Below are positions 1 to 10,271 of a stretch of DNA of 64,000 bases, one piece after another. The stretch lies in assembly GCA_964403205.1 (NCBI GenBank), contig CAYOER010000001.1:14037-78036 (forward strand). The letters run 5' to 3'. Below the pieces are notes generated by a model. That model was given only the letters and a program-made list of their open reading frames with translations. It was not told the DNA's origin and made no database searches. How positions within the stretch are numbered: the stretch's first letter is position 1; the number at the start of each line of letters is the position of its first letter. Origin of the DNA: an uncultured Candidatus Saccharibacteria bacterium (GTDB lineage: Bacteria; Patescibacteriota; Minisyncoccia; Phycocordibacterales; PALSA-1337). The translations under genes were made by a program, and so were the position numbers.

Positions 1-1988
1 TACCTTTTGAAGATAATGGGTATGTATATACTTCTGTGGATGCCGGAGTATCTTGGACAAGACGAGATAGTGCAGGACAGCGTGCTTGGACAGTTATTAC
101 TTCATCATCAGACGGTATGAGATTGGCTGCTGGTAGCTATGATAATATTAATAATCCTAGTGGATACATATATACGTCTGCAGATGGCGGAGCAACATGG
201 ATACAGAGAACAGGAGTGGGATATCGTTCATGGTCATCTCTTTCTTCATCAGCCGATGGTATGAGATTGGCTGCTGGTGAGTGGGGTGTTGGTGGAAATA
301 TATATATATCTTCAGATGGTGGAGTGACTTGGGTACCGAGTTTAGGGTTAGAAAGTAATCATTCTTGGGCAGATATTGCTTCATCGAATGATGGTATGAA
401 ATTAGCAACTAATAGTTATGGTGGAAACATATATACTTCCACTGACGGTGGTTTATCATGGATACATAGATTTAATACTGGAGGTATTACATTACATTCA
501 ATTGCATCATCAGCTGATGGTATAAAGCTCATTGCAGGAGACCTTTATCATAATTATGTATCTATAGATAGTGGAATATCATGGATAATACAAGATCTTC
601 CTGTACCAGCTGTTTGGTGGAATTCATTTTCAGTATCTGATGATGGTACACGATTTGTAGCATCTGTAGATGGTGGATATATATATACTAGTTATACAGC
701 TATTCCTTCATCAACTTTTGACTACTCTCTCTCTAATGGTGGTAACAGATATATAACTCCAGGAAGTACAGTTACAAATCCTATAACTGCAAATCTAGTA
801 TCAGGTACAACACAACCAATCAATCTGTATATTTCAAGTATAAAAAATAGTTCAAATGTAGAAGTATTCAATCAAGTAAATGGTATCGGTACAACATCGA
901 GTGCCTTAACAATAAATCCTGTAACACCTACTCAATCAAGCACACTCACTCTCTCTGCAACCGCTGGAGTACCTGCTGGAGTGTATACAGTGAATGTAAA
1001 TGGTATAGGAGATGGAGTAGCTCGCTCAACAAGCTTTACCGTAACTGTAGAATCATATAACCTAACTCTCGAAGATGGTAATACAGGAAATGGTGGTGGT
1101 GCAGCGGGATGTACCACTGGCTCTATTGTATTGACTTGGGATAAGGTAACTGGAATAGATCATTATAAAGTATATAGACAAGCTGGTAGTGATCCAGAGA
1201 TAGTAGTAAATGCAAATATAGCACAACCTAGCTCAGGTACTACAGTAACCTATGCAGATCAAGATCTAGCATCAGGTATATATACATATAGGGTAGAGGG
1301 CCTTCTCTCAGATAATACAATAGTAAGTAGTTCTCAACCGCAATCACACTTTGCTCCTGTAGATCCAGCTAAATGTCTATCATGTGATAATTTCACAGTA
1401 CCAGCATCTGTAATAAGTGGAGGTTCTGCAAATCTAGTATGGAATTCTACTAATGCCACTTCTTGCACTATAAAAAATGGATCTGGAACAACTCTATATT
1501 CAACTGAAGATGGAGATGAGACAATATCTAATATTACTAATCCACAGACATATAGATTATCATGTAATGGTCCAGAACCGATCGGAGAAGATAATATGTG
1601 TAGTATAAATCGTAGTCTGGTAGTAAGTGTAGAAGATACTTTCCCTCTATGGTTAAATGGAGATAGAAATGATATATCAGACAGAATAAGGGTTGGGCGA
1701 GAAATACATTTGAATTGGGAGACAACAGGTAAAGTTTCTGGAACTATAGTTCCTGATACATGTACTGGTAAAATTAAGAAAAATGGTAGTGATAGTACAA
1801 TGTCAGGATGGACAAATACAAATCTTTCTAAAGATAATATTATAAATCCTTTTGATTTAACATTGAGTGAAAGAGGGGATTATCAATTGACAGTACGATG
1901 TGATAGAGATACAGGTACATTAACAGATAGTGTTACTAGTAATCCAGTAAATATTAAGGTAACTCAAAGTACAATACAAGAAAGATAA
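1..1988 (+). CDS. BNR/Asp-box repeat surface protein with C-terminal Ig-like/fibronectin-like regions, 5' partial (reading frame is open to the window edge)
   Basis: Repeated S-x-D-x-G-x-(T/S)-W motifs (YIYTSADGGATW, IYISSDGGVTW, IYTSTDGGLSW and others) every ~45 aa. The frame upstream of the track start (nt 3-35) still encodes a repeat (YVYTSVDAGVSW) with no stop. The C-terminal half is Thr/Ser/Asn-rich and beta-rich. Confidence 0.6.
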   Translation, partial: PFEDNGYVYTSVDAGVSWTRRDSAGQRAWTVITSSSDGMRLAAGSYDNINNPSGYIYTSADGGATWIQRTGVGYRSWSSLSSSADGMRLAAGEWGVGGNIYISSDGGVTWVPSLGLESNHSWADIASSNDGMKLATNSYGGNIYTSTDGGLSWIHRFNTGGITLHSIASSADGIKLIAGDLYHNYVSIDSGISWIIQDLPVPAVWWNSFSVSDDGTRFVASVDGGYIYTSYTAIPSSTFDYSLSNGGNRYITPGSTVTNPITANLVSGTTQPINLYISSIKNSSNVEVFNQVNGIGTTSSALTINPVTPTQSSTLTLSATAGVPAGVYTVNVNGIGDGVARSTSFTVTVESYNLTLEDGNTGNGGGAAGCTTGSIVLTWDKVTGIDHYKVYRQAGSDPEIVVNANIAQPSSGTTVTYADQDLASGIYTYRVEGLLSDNTIVSSSQPQSHFAPVDPAKCLSCDNFTVPASVISGGSANLVWNSTNATSCTIKNGSGTTLYSTEDGDETISNITNPQTYRLSCNGPEPIGEDNMCSINRSLVVSVEDTFPLWLNGDRNDISDRIRVGREIHLNWETTGKVSGTIVPDTCTGKIKKNGSDSTMSGWTNTNLSKDNIINPFDLTLSERGDYQLTVRCDRDTGTLTDSVTSNPVNIKVTQSTIQER

Positions 1989-2014
1989 AAGGTACCTAGT
2001 ATGATATAAAAAAG

Positions 2015-2050
2015 GAAGCTCCCTGACCATGTGATAGTCTGGGAGCTTTT
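2015..2050. terminator. bidirectional rho-independent terminator hairpin between convergent genes
   Basis: gaagctccc-(17 nt loop)-gggagctt followed by tttt on the + strand; on the - strand the hairpin is followed by a U-tract (the A-run at 2007-2013). Confidence 0.5.
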
Positions 2051-2061
2051 GATAATGAGTG

Positions 2062-3102
2062 TCACAGTCCTTTCACTCGAAAGAAACTGCGCTGTGAACT
2101 CGGAAGGGTGATTTCGAAAGCCTGTTCTCCATAGTAATCAGGTATCCTCTCAACCCTATAGACCTCAGTCCAAGTGGTAAAGTTCGTAGACTCTTCTAAA
2201 AGGAGTGTTCTGAAGGAGTCTCCTCCTAATACCCTGATGGTAACTGTACCATCAAGATTATTGGTGATGCTCGTACGAATAGGGATGATCCCGGGTCTTT
2301 CGACTCCAGAACCATCTACTACTCTGTATGCACCATCATTTACTATGAGCTTGAATCTATTAGGCTCACCGGTAAGAAATCTGGTCTCAATGAACAACAG
2401 TTCATTTGCTCTATCAACCCAACCAATTTCTGGATCTGGATTGTTCTTGGAGTCCTTTACTCCCCAACTAATGATGTTACCGTTCTCGTCATAAGGCTGT
2501 TGAACAGCCCAACGGATTGTTGGAATGAAAAATACAAGTTTTGGTACGATTGGCATTTTGTATCCAGACAGATCTGGAATATTGTATTTTCCACTTACAC
2601 TACTATACTGAAATTCAAGAGTTGATAAGTATTCAAAGAAGTCAAAAAACTCCATACGCCCAGCTCTACCTACGAGACCATCAGCATAAGCATGGATAAT
2701 GAATTCCTTGCTGAAATCAGCATTGGTATTTGTAAGTGTTTGATTCAATACCTCACTGAGCTTCGATTGAAACATAGCATCAACTTCAGCTTTACTCTTG
2801 AATCGAGGATTATCAACGAAAGTTCTACCTGTAACAAAGAGTTGATTATCACTCTGTCTTCTCTGCATTGCAAAGATAACAAAGGATGATCTACAGTTTG
2901 TCGCTGCATAGTTTTCCACATCGTCGAATGGAAGAGAGAGAACTGTTCCACCCTGCACCACCTGAGCTTTTGCTTCGATGGTGATTGAGATGATGACTGA
3001 AATCGCGATCAGGAGGATCGCGATGAACCGAAACCAACGATTGATCGTGTTCACGATCTTCCTTTCTCTTTTAATTGTTATTGTTCCATAGATTTCACTC
3101 AT
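2062..3102 (-). CDS. hypothetical membrane-anchored/secreted protein (N-terminal TM helix), in a G+C-elevated islet
   Basis: 346-aa ORF with a single N-terminal hydrophobic helix (RWFRFIAILLIAISVIISITI). No recognisable catalytic motif. Its composition is clearly richer in G+C than the flanks. Confidence 0.45.
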   Translation of the reverse strand: MSEIYGTITIKRERKIVNTINRWFRFIAILLIAISVIISITIEAKAQVVQGGTVLSLPFDDVENYAATNCRSSFVIFAMQRRQSDNQLFVTGRTFVDNPRFKSKAEVDAMFQSKLSEVLNQTLTNTNADFSKEFIIHAYADGLVGRAGRMEFFDFFEYLSTLEFQYSSVSGKYNIPDLSGYKMPIVPKLVFFIPTIRWAVQQPYDENGNIISWGVKDSKNNPDPEIGWVDRANELLFIETRFLTGEPNRFKLIVNDGAYRVVDGSGVERPGIIPIRTSITNNLDGTVTIRVLGGDSFRTLLLEESTNFTTWTEVYRVERIPDYYGEQAFEITLPSSQRSFFRVKGL

Positions 3103-3261
3103 TAGACGTCAATGAGCTGAATCTGTCAAGATTATAGCACAGGTAAATTAAAAGTAAAGGAATTAATAAGTCAAGTGGAAAACTCTATATTTTAGCTATA
3201 AAATAAGACGCAATTATCTAATTTAATACAATTTAAACATAATTTATGATAATATGTATTT

Positions 3262-4125
3262 ATGAGTAAGGAAATTATAGAAAAATTGGAAAAATTGAAA
3301 CTATTTCTAGATACTAAAAATAATGTTCTAGCTGCATTTTTATTTGGTTCATATGCTAAGGATATGACTCATAGGGAATCAGATATAGATATTGCTATAT
3401 ATTTTAATCCGGAAGGTAAAGATGTGGAATACGAAGAAGAAAGACAATATGATGGAGAGGATGAATTATGGTCAGAAATTGAAAAAATATTAGAGATAAA
3501 GACAGATATGGTTGTATTGAACAGAGCATCATCAACTCTTGCAGACTCTATTATAAAGACTGGGAAATTACTCATAATGAAAGATCAAAAGTATTTTACT
3601 AGATTCACAAATGTAATAAATGAAGCTGCTGATTATTATAGAGATTATATGGATGATTTTCTTAAAATAAAAGAAAGATCAAATTCATTGAGTCTTACTG
3701 ATAAAGAAAGGCTAATTAAAATAACAGAATTTCTGGAACAAGAAATTAAGGATTTTCCTATTTTCAGGCAAATTGATCAGATAAAATATCAAAATGATAG
3801 AGGAACAAAAAGAAATATGGAAAGATGGGTTGAAAATATTGTCAATTCTAGTATAGATATAGCAAAGATCATTCTTGCTTCAGAGAAAAAACTTATTCCT
3901 AATACATATAAAACAATTTTAGAGAATCTAATTGAGGTAAATAATTTTGATTTAGAAAAAGCTAAGGCTCTTGGAAGATTTGCAAAAATTAGAAATATTC
4001 TCGCTCATGAATATCTTGATCTAAGGTTCAATAAGATTAGGGAATTCCTAGCTAATTCAGAAGAATACTATTCTTATCTCGTTTCTTTTTCAAGAGATTT
4101 TATTAAAAAAGATAAGGAAATCTAA
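3262..4125 (+). CDS. single-chain fusion of a minimal nucleotidyltransferase (MNT, Pol-beta fold) and a HEPN (DUF86/HepT-like) domain
   Basis: N-terminal LFGSYAKD...ESDIDIAIYF (GS-x9-13-DxD NTase signature). C-terminal FAKIRNILAHEY matches the HEPN Rx4-6H motif. Confidence 0.6.
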   Translation: MSKEIIEKLEKLKLFLDTKNNVLAAFLFGSYAKDMTHRESDIDIAIYFNPEGKDVEYEEERQYDGEDELWSEIEKILEIKTDMVVLNRASSTLADSIIKTGKLLIMKDQKYFTRFTNVINEAADYYRDYMDDFLKIKERSNSLSLTDKERLIKITEFLEQEIKDFPIFRQIDQIKYQNDRGTKRNMERWVENIVNSSIDIAKIILASEKKLIPNTYKTILENLIEVNNFDLEKAKALGRFAKIRNILAHEYLDLRFNKIREFLANSEEYYSYLVSFSRDFIKKDKEI

Positions 4126-4196
4126 CTAATTCTTATATATATATATTGTATCTATTATTCAATATTAATCAATTAGGTTAATATTTTATTAACATT

Positions 4197-5180
4197 TTAT
4201 TTTTTTAATATTTTCTTATCAAAAACATTCTTTTCATCAATATGCTGATGTAAATTCTTTATTTCCTGATATGCATTATTGAGGTCTTTTGTTAATTCCC
4301 TAATCTTCTCCATTTGATACATTCCATTTATTACATTTTTAATAAGGGTAATACCTATAAATATAGATATGATAAATACAGCAATACTTATGTATAGTTC
4401 ATTACTATTTTCAGAAAGAATTGTACGGAATAAAAGAAATATCCAAAGTATAAAAATAGCTGTTTCAATTGCAATGATTTTTATATTGAAAAGTCTGTGC
4501 TTTGTGATGGCGTAGGAGATAATAGAAATCCATATAATACTTGAGAGCGGGCTTGTCCAATCATAATTAAATATACCTAATCTCGGTAACACGAGACTAG
4601 TAATTAATGGTGGTATAAATCCAATTATAAATACTATAATCATGAAATTAAGATTTATTATGATTTGCTTATCAATAGTTTCTCTCAGTTTTTTATATAT
4701 AATATTTATCCCAATTAAAAAAATTGTAATAAAATTAATATCGAAAATAAACCAAAGTGGACCATATTCCCAACTTGGATAATTATTACTCTGTATCGTT
4801 ATAACATTACCAATAATTAAATTTGTAAAGAATAATAGATAGAAAATTAATATTAATGATAATATTAATGGATATACAATATTATCTTGTATTTTATTTT
4901 CATACGGGTATGAAATTACAAATAATAAGAATATATTAACCATTATAAATGCTAGAAAATAACTTAATTTTATAACTAAATTTGTCATATATATATCTTC
5001 TGTCATTACTGATAAATTAGCTATTCCTATAATAAAGCTCCACATAGAAAGAAAGAGAGATAAATATGAAAATAAACGTACTGACTGAATTTTTTTACCT
5101 AAATAATATAAACCTATTGAAAAAACAATAAGTATAGCTCCAGCTGACCAATCAATAATTGAATGTAAATTTGTATCCAT
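4197..5180 (-). CDS. polytopic membrane protein resembling the N-terminal sensor module of the adjacent histidine kinase, but lacking the kinase core
   Basis: Seven or more predicted TM helices followed by a coiled-coil tail. It shares the K(H/Y)RLFNIK motif plus a following TM helix with the histidine kinase at 6848-8440. No H-box or ATPase motifs. Confidence 0.45.
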   Translation of the reverse strand: MDTNLHSIIDWSAGAILIVFSIGLYYLGKKIQSVRLFSYLSLFLSMWSFIIGIANLSVMTEDIYMTNLVIKLSYFLAFIMVNIFLLFVISYPYENKIQDNIVYPLILSLILIFYLLFFTNLIIGNVITIQSNNYPSWEYGPLWFIFDINFITIFLIGINIIYKKLRETIDKQIIINLNFMIIVFIIGFIPPLITSLVLPRLGIFNYDWTSPLSSIIWISIISYAITKHRLFNIKIIAIETAIFILWIFLLFRTILSENSNELYISIAVFIISIFIGITLIKNVINGMYQMEKIRELTKDLNNAYQEIKNLHQHIDEKNVFDKKILKK

Positions 5181-5321
5181 AAGTTTTAATTTAACATTAT
5201 ATCCATTTTAAATAAATATCAATTATTTACTTAAATGTTGTACTTAATGTATAATAATAAGAAAATGACTGAGTTCTATTTAGTATTTTATAATATTAAA
5301 TAATTCAATAACTTAATTAAT

Positions 5322-6026
5322 ATGTTAACACCAAGATTTTGGAAGAGATATTTTGAGGAATATGATTTGTTAAATGAACTTACTCCGTACAGAGAATTAT
5401 TAGATGCGATTTGTGTACGTGCTAATATTAATACTGGTAACAACATACTTGATGTAGGTTCTGGTACTGGAAATTTATCTATAAAACTTGAGAAGTATGG
5501 TGCGATTGTAACAGGTATAGATTTTTCCAAGGAAGGACTAGAAATTCATAGGAAAAAATCAAATATAACAGAGTTAATTTATGGGGATATTAATCAACCA
5601 CTTCCTTTTTCTAATGACCAGTTTGAAACGGTTGTTTCAAATAATGTGCTTTATACCGTTTCTAGGAATGAACGTTTAACTGTAATGAAAGAACTTTATC
5701 GTGTTCTTAAACCTGGAGGTCGTATTATTGTTTCTAATGTGGTTGAGGGTTTTAGGCCACATGTTATTTATTTTGATCATGTCAATAGTCTTATTAAAAA
5801 AATAGGTATTTTTAAAGCTTTTATTGTTGTATTGAAATTATCTCGGTCGACGATTAAGATTTTATATTACAATTATAAGATTAATATGGAAAATAGACAC
5901 GGTGTGTATGATTTTTTTGGTTTAGGAGAACAGAAGAAATTACTAGAGGAATCAAAGTTTAAGAATGTGTCAGAAGACTATATTTTATATAGTGGTCAAG
6001 CTGTTTTAAATTGGGGTATAAAATAG
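5322..6026 (+). CDS. class I SAM-dependent methyltransferase
   Basis: Motif I ILDVGSGTGNLS, a post-I acidic residue (GIDFS), and LKPGGRIIVSN. Confidence 0.7.
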   Translation: MLTPRFWKRYFEEYDLLNELTPYRELLDAICVRANINTGNNILDVGSGTGNLSIKLEKYGAIVTGIDFSKEGLEIHRKKSNITELIYGDINQPLPFSNDQFETVVSNNVLYTVSRNERLTVMKELYRVLKPGGRIIVSNVVEGFRPHVIYFDHVNSLIKKIGIFKAFIVVLKLSRSTIKILYYNYKINMENRHGVYDFFGLGEQKKLLEESKFKNVSEDYILYSGQAVLNWGIK

Positions 6027-6089
6027 GTGATTATTTTCCATCATGTTAGGATTAAGATATATTAATAATAATGTTATAATATTTTTATC

Positions 6090-6842
6090 ATGGTTGTATA
6101 TAGAAGTTTAAAAATTTGCAGTAATAACTTATACGAAACTATTGTATTCGGAGAAGCAATAACAAATGAAGAACTTCAGGAAGTATATCGTTTCCGTTAT
6201 GATGTATATTCTGATAAAGATTATATTGACAAGGATAAATATTCTTACGGAATTGAAAAAGATGAATATGATGAACAGAGATTCTGTCGTTATTTTGTTG
6301 CAAAAATTAATGAGAGGTTAATTGGTACGATAAGAATTATTACATGTGACCCTCTTCCGACTGAGTATAGTTTTTCTTTTGAGGAACCAGAAATTATGAA
6401 ATCTATTCCACGATCTCAACGTGTAGAACTTGGTAGGTTTATTATAATTTCTCCGTACAAACAGAATGGAATTTATCTACCTCGTGGCCTAGTTATGTTA
6501 TTTTTGTTAGATATTCTAAGTTCATATGGTCTTAGAAATAATTTTTTAGGAGGTTATGCTTTTATTAAAACAAGCTTAGAGCGTAAAATGAATAAATTAA
6601 ACTTACCTATCAGAAAAATACCGATTTATCATCAAATATATCCTAAACAAGGAATTCTTTATAAATATTTTACACAAAAAGATGATCCAGTTATTCCTAT
6701 CTATTTTTTGACCAAAGATTTTGCAGATTATTCGAATTCAAGAATCAGAAATTCGTTAATGTTCAGTAAAATTAATGATAACGATTATGTGCTGCATAAT
6801 AATTTATATACTCAATTTTTGAAAATGCTTAAAATTATTTAA
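6090..6842 (+). CDS. putative GNAT-fold N-acyltransferase (N-acyl amino acid synthase / autoinducer-synthase-like)
   Basis: YRFRYDVYSD...YDE-x-RFCRYFVA...LIGTIRII...VELGRFIIIS resembles the LRY-VF/EDE-D/ELSR pattern of FeeM/PEP-CTERM-associated N-acyl amino acid synthases. The assignment is from memory of the family pattern only. Confidence 0.35.
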   Translation: MVVYRSLKICSNNLYETIVFGEAITNEELQEVYRFRYDVYSDKDYIDKDKYSYGIEKDEYDEQRFCRYFVAKINERLIGTIRIITCDPLPTEYSFSFEEPEIMKSIPRSQRVELGRFIIISPYKQNGIYLPRGLVMLFLLDILSSYGLRNNFLGGYAFIKTSLERKMNKLNLPIRKIPIYHQIYPKQGILYKYFTQKDDPVIPIYFLTKDFADYSNSRIRNSLMFSKINDNDYVLHNNLYTQFLKMLKII

Positions 6843-6847
6843 ATATA

Positions 6848-8440
6848 ATGGATACCTTTATTTTCTCAATTTTATCTGTAGTTGCTGTTACTAATATAAT
6901 ATTAGGGGGTATTATTTTTTCACGCGGTCTTAAAGTGTTTTCAAATATTTTATTTGGGCTTATAGCATTAACTGCAGCTATTTGGAGTATTGCCATTGTT
7001 GGCTTTTATTCAGAGCAATTTGGAGGAGCTATAAATTGGGTATTATTTACACATACTGCAGCTATACTCATTTCATCATTTTTTTTAGCATTTTCAGTCA
7101 ATTTTCCTCAAAAATTACCAAATAGAAATTATATAATTTCAATTTCAGCAATAGTTACTTTTTTATTAGTCTTTTTTATCTTCTTTAGTGATTATATTGT
7201 TGGTAACACAGAAAATAATACCTATTTTATAGGTATTGCTTATTCGGTCTATGCTTTTTTTATTAGTATTTTTTTTATATCAGGTTTTTTATTTTTATGG
7301 GAACAACTGAAATTATCTAATGATAGTAATCAAAAGAAACAAATTAAATATATATTTGTAGGCACACTTATTTCTTCTGTTCTTGCTATTATACCTGATT
7401 TGATTTTACCTTATTTCAATATTTTTCAATTTACTTGGTTAGGCCCTATTTTTACTCTAATAATGGTCGTTTCTCTTTTTTTAGCTATGCTTAAATATCG
7501 TCTCTTTAATATTAAGGTAGTTTTGACTGAAGTTATAAGTGTTTTGATTGTGATGGCTTTGTTAGTAGAATTATTATTAGCCCAGACACCAACAGAGATC
7601 TTACTTAAATCAGTTGTCTTAGCTATTGTAACAGTATTTAGTTTTTTACTTATCAAAAGTGTTATCAAGGAGGTCGCTCAGCGTGAAAATATTGAAAAAC
7701 TTGCTATAGAACTTCAAAAAGCTAATGATAGATTGAAGGATCTAGATAAACAGAAAAGCGAATTCGTCTCTTTTGCTACACATCAGCTTCGTGCGCCACT
7801 TACTGCTATGAAGGGTTATGCTTCGCTCATACTGGAAGGTGATCTCGGTAATATATCAGAGGAAATTAGGAATGCTATTTCGAGAATATTCAATTCATCA
7901 GAAACATTGACACATATTGTAGATGATTATCTCAATATTTCCAGAATCGAACTCGGTACTATGAAATATACTTTTGAAAATCTAGATTTGAGGGAGCTTG
8001 TGGATGATGTTATAGCAGAGCTCAAACCAAATATAGAAAAGAGTGAGACTAAACTTTCATTTATAGTAGATAGACAGAAGAAATTCCTAGTTCGTGCTGA
8101 TAAAGATAAATTTAAGCAGATTATTGCAAATATAATAGATAATTCTGTCAAATATACAAAGGCGGGTATAGTTACAGTCAAACTTGATAAAATAGATAAT
8201 ATTAAAATATTATTATCAATTAAGGATAATGGTATAGGTATAGCACCAGAGATTATGCCGAGACTCTTTGCAAAATTCTCCAGAGCTGATAATGCAAATA
8301 AGAAAAATATACATGGCACTGGACTAGGACTCTTCGTAGCAAAGGAAATAGTCAATGCACATAGGGGACGTATCTGGGCCGAATCCGAGGGAGAAGGGAA
8401 GGGCTCGATATTCTTTGTAGAATTGGAGGGAGGGGAATAG
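6848..8440 (+). CDS. sensor histidine kinase (polytopic N-terminal membrane domain, HisKA, HATPase_c)
   Basis: H-box THQLRAPLTAMKGY; N/G boxes DNGIGIAPEIMPRLFAKF and GTGLGLFVAKEIV; an N-terminal ~270 aa with multiple TM helices. Confidence 0.85.
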   Translation: MDTFIFSILSVVAVTNIILGGIIFSRGLKVFSNILFGLIALTAAIWSIAIVGFYSEQFGGAINWVLFTHTAAILISSFFLAFSVNFPQKLPNRNYIISISAIVTFLLVFFIFFSDYIVGNTENNTYFIGIAYSVYAFFISIFFISGFLFLWEQLKLSNDSNQKKQIKYIFVGTLISSVLAIIPDLILPYFNIFQFTWLGPIFTLIMVVSLFLAMLKYRLFNIKVVLTEVISVLIVMALLVELLLAQTPTEILLKSVVLAIVTVFSFLLIKSVIKEVAQRENIEKLAIELQKANDRLKDLDKQKSEFVSFATHQLRAPLTAMKGYASLILEGDLGNISEEIRNAISRIFNSSETLTHIVDDYLNISRIELGTMKYTFENLDLRELVDDVIAELKPNIEKSETKLSFIVDRQKKFLVRADKDKFKQIIANIIDNSVKYTKAGIVTVKLDKIDNIKILLSIKDNGIGIAPEIMPRLFAKFSRADNANKKNIHGTGLGLFVAKEIVNAHRGRIWAESEGEGKGSIFFVELEGGE

Positions 8441-8441
8441 T

Positions 8442-10250
8442 GTGATACAATATTTCCTTATGAAAAAATTAGGGGAAAATGTGTCCAATGCTCAAGTTAT
8501 AAAGCATATGTGGAACGGTACAAAATCATATCGTCCATATTTTTCTATATCCTATATTCTATTTAATTTAGCTAATATTATAGGTATATTAGTACCACTT
8601 TATTATAAAGATTTCTTTGATATTCTCAGTAAATCAGATGATCGTGCATTACTCGTTCCATCACTTATAAAGATTGTAATAATAATAGCTATTATACATT
8701 TTACAACATGGTTAATCTGGAGGATTGGTACATATTTCTATAATAAATCAGTATCAAGAGTTATGGCACTTTTGAAACAGAATGCTTTTGATTATATGAT
8801 GCGTCATTCTTATAACTTTTTTACCAATAATTTTACCGGTAGTCTAGTACAGAGATTAAATAGATTCAGCCGTGCTTTCGAAGCATTGAATGATACTCTA
8901 GTATTCAATATTTTCCCTCTGATTATAGCTATAGTAAGCTCTATAATAGTTACATATTTCATAGCACCTATTATTTCTCTTGTAATTACAATATGGGTTA
9001 TATTATTTATGATATTTAATATTTCTTTTTCAATTTGGAAATTGAAATATGATACAGCTGTGGCTGAAGCGGATTCTCGTACTAGTGGTTATCTATCTGA
9101 TTCTATTACTAATAATAATGCTATTATGCTTTTCACTGGTAATAGATATGAAACAATAGGATTCAATAAAGTATCAGATGATCAATCAAATAAAACCTTT
9201 CTAACCTGGACATTGAATGAAGTTTCAGATGCAGTGCAAGTAATTCTTATTGGTACTGTAGAATTTTTTGTATTTTATTTTTCTATTAAGTATTGGCAGA
9301 ACGGTCTAGCTACAGTCGGTACATTCGTATTGGCACAGACATATATTATAGGACTTTCACATCAGCTATGGGGTGTTGGTAGAGCTGTACGCAAGATCTA
9401 TGAAAGCTTTGCAGATTCAAAGGAAATGGTAGGAATATTAGAAATGCCATATGAGGTAAAGGATATACCAAATGCAAAAAATATTATTGTGAAAAATGGT
9501 GAAATAATCTTCAAAAATGTAACTTTTGCCTTCAATGAAACAAGAGAAGTAATAAAAGATTTAAATATTACAATAAAATCTGGTGAGAAAATAGCTATTA
9601 TAGGACCATCTGGAGCGGGGAAGACGACTTTTATTCGTCTTATTATGAGATTATACAATATAACATCTGGATCTATCTCCATTGATAATCAAGATATACA
9701 TACTGTAACTCAAGACAGTCTAAGAGATAATATAAGTCTCGTCCCTCAGGATCCTGTACTTTTTCACCGTACTCTCTTAGAGAATATCCGTTATGGAAAA
9801 AGAAATGCAAATGATGAAGAGGTGATAGAGGCAGCCAGACTAGCGCATTGTGATGAATTCATAGAAACTTTACCATTGAAATATAATACCTATGTCGGCG
9901 AGCGTGGAATAAAGCTTTCTGGTGGAGAACGTCAGAGAGTAGCTATTGCTAGAGCAATATTGAAGAAAGCTCCAATACTCATATTAGATGAGGCTACATC
10001 TAGTTTAGACTCTCATTCTGAAGCTCTGATACAGGATGCATTGGACAATCTTATGAAAAATTGTACAACTATTGTTATTGCTCATCGTCTATCAACAATA
10101 AAGAAAATGGATAGGATAATAGCCATGAAAGATGGGAAAATAGTAGAAGAGGGAACACATGATGAACTTGCAAATATGGATAGTGGATTATATAAAAAGT
10201 TATGGGATCTGCAGGTAGGTGGGTTTATAAAAGAAGAGGAAGGGGAATAG
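8442..10250 (+). CDS. ABC exporter, fused permease plus ATPase (MsbA/bacteriocin-exporter type without a peptidase domain)
   Basis: Six N-terminal TM helices; Walker A GPSGAGKTT; signature LSGGERQRVAIARA; Walker B ILILDEATS; H-loop IAHRLS. Confidence 0.85.
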   Translation: MIQYFLMKKLGENVSNAQVIKHMWNGTKSYRPYFSISYILFNLANIIGILVPLYYKDFFDILSKSDDRALLVPSLIKIVIIIAIIHFTTWLIWRIGTYFYNKSVSRVMALLKQNAFDYMMRHSYNFFTNNFTGSLVQRLNRFSRAFEALNDTLVFNIFPLIIAIVSSIIVTYFIAPIISLVITIWVILFMIFNISFSIWKLKYDTAVAEADSRTSGYLSDSITNNNAIMLFTGNRYETIGFNKVSDDQSNKTFLTWTLNEVSDAVQVILIGTVEFFVFYFSIKYWQNGLATVGTFVLAQTYIIGLSHQLWGVGRAVRKIYESFADSKEMVGILEMPYEVKDIPNAKNIIVKNGEIIFKNVTFAFNETREVIKDLNITIKSGEKIAIIGPSGAGKTTFIRLIMRLYNITSGSISIDNQDIHTVTQDSLRDNISLVPQDPVLFHRTLLENIRYGKRNANDEEVIEAARLAHCDEFIETLPLKYNTYVGERGIKLSGGERQRVAIARAILKKAPILILDEATSSLDSHSEALIQDALDNLMKNCTTIVIAHRLSTIKKMDRIIAMKDGKIVEEGTHDELANMDSGLYKKLWDLQVGGFIKEEEGE

Positions 10251-10271
10251 TGTTTTAATGAATGTATAATA

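Noticed and set aside
157-1725. Short ORFs on the minus strand inside the BNR-repeat gene (157-408, 932-1117, 1537-1725)
   Set aside because: They lie entirely antisense within a long, motif-rich coding frame and have low complexity and no start context, so they are treated as spurious.
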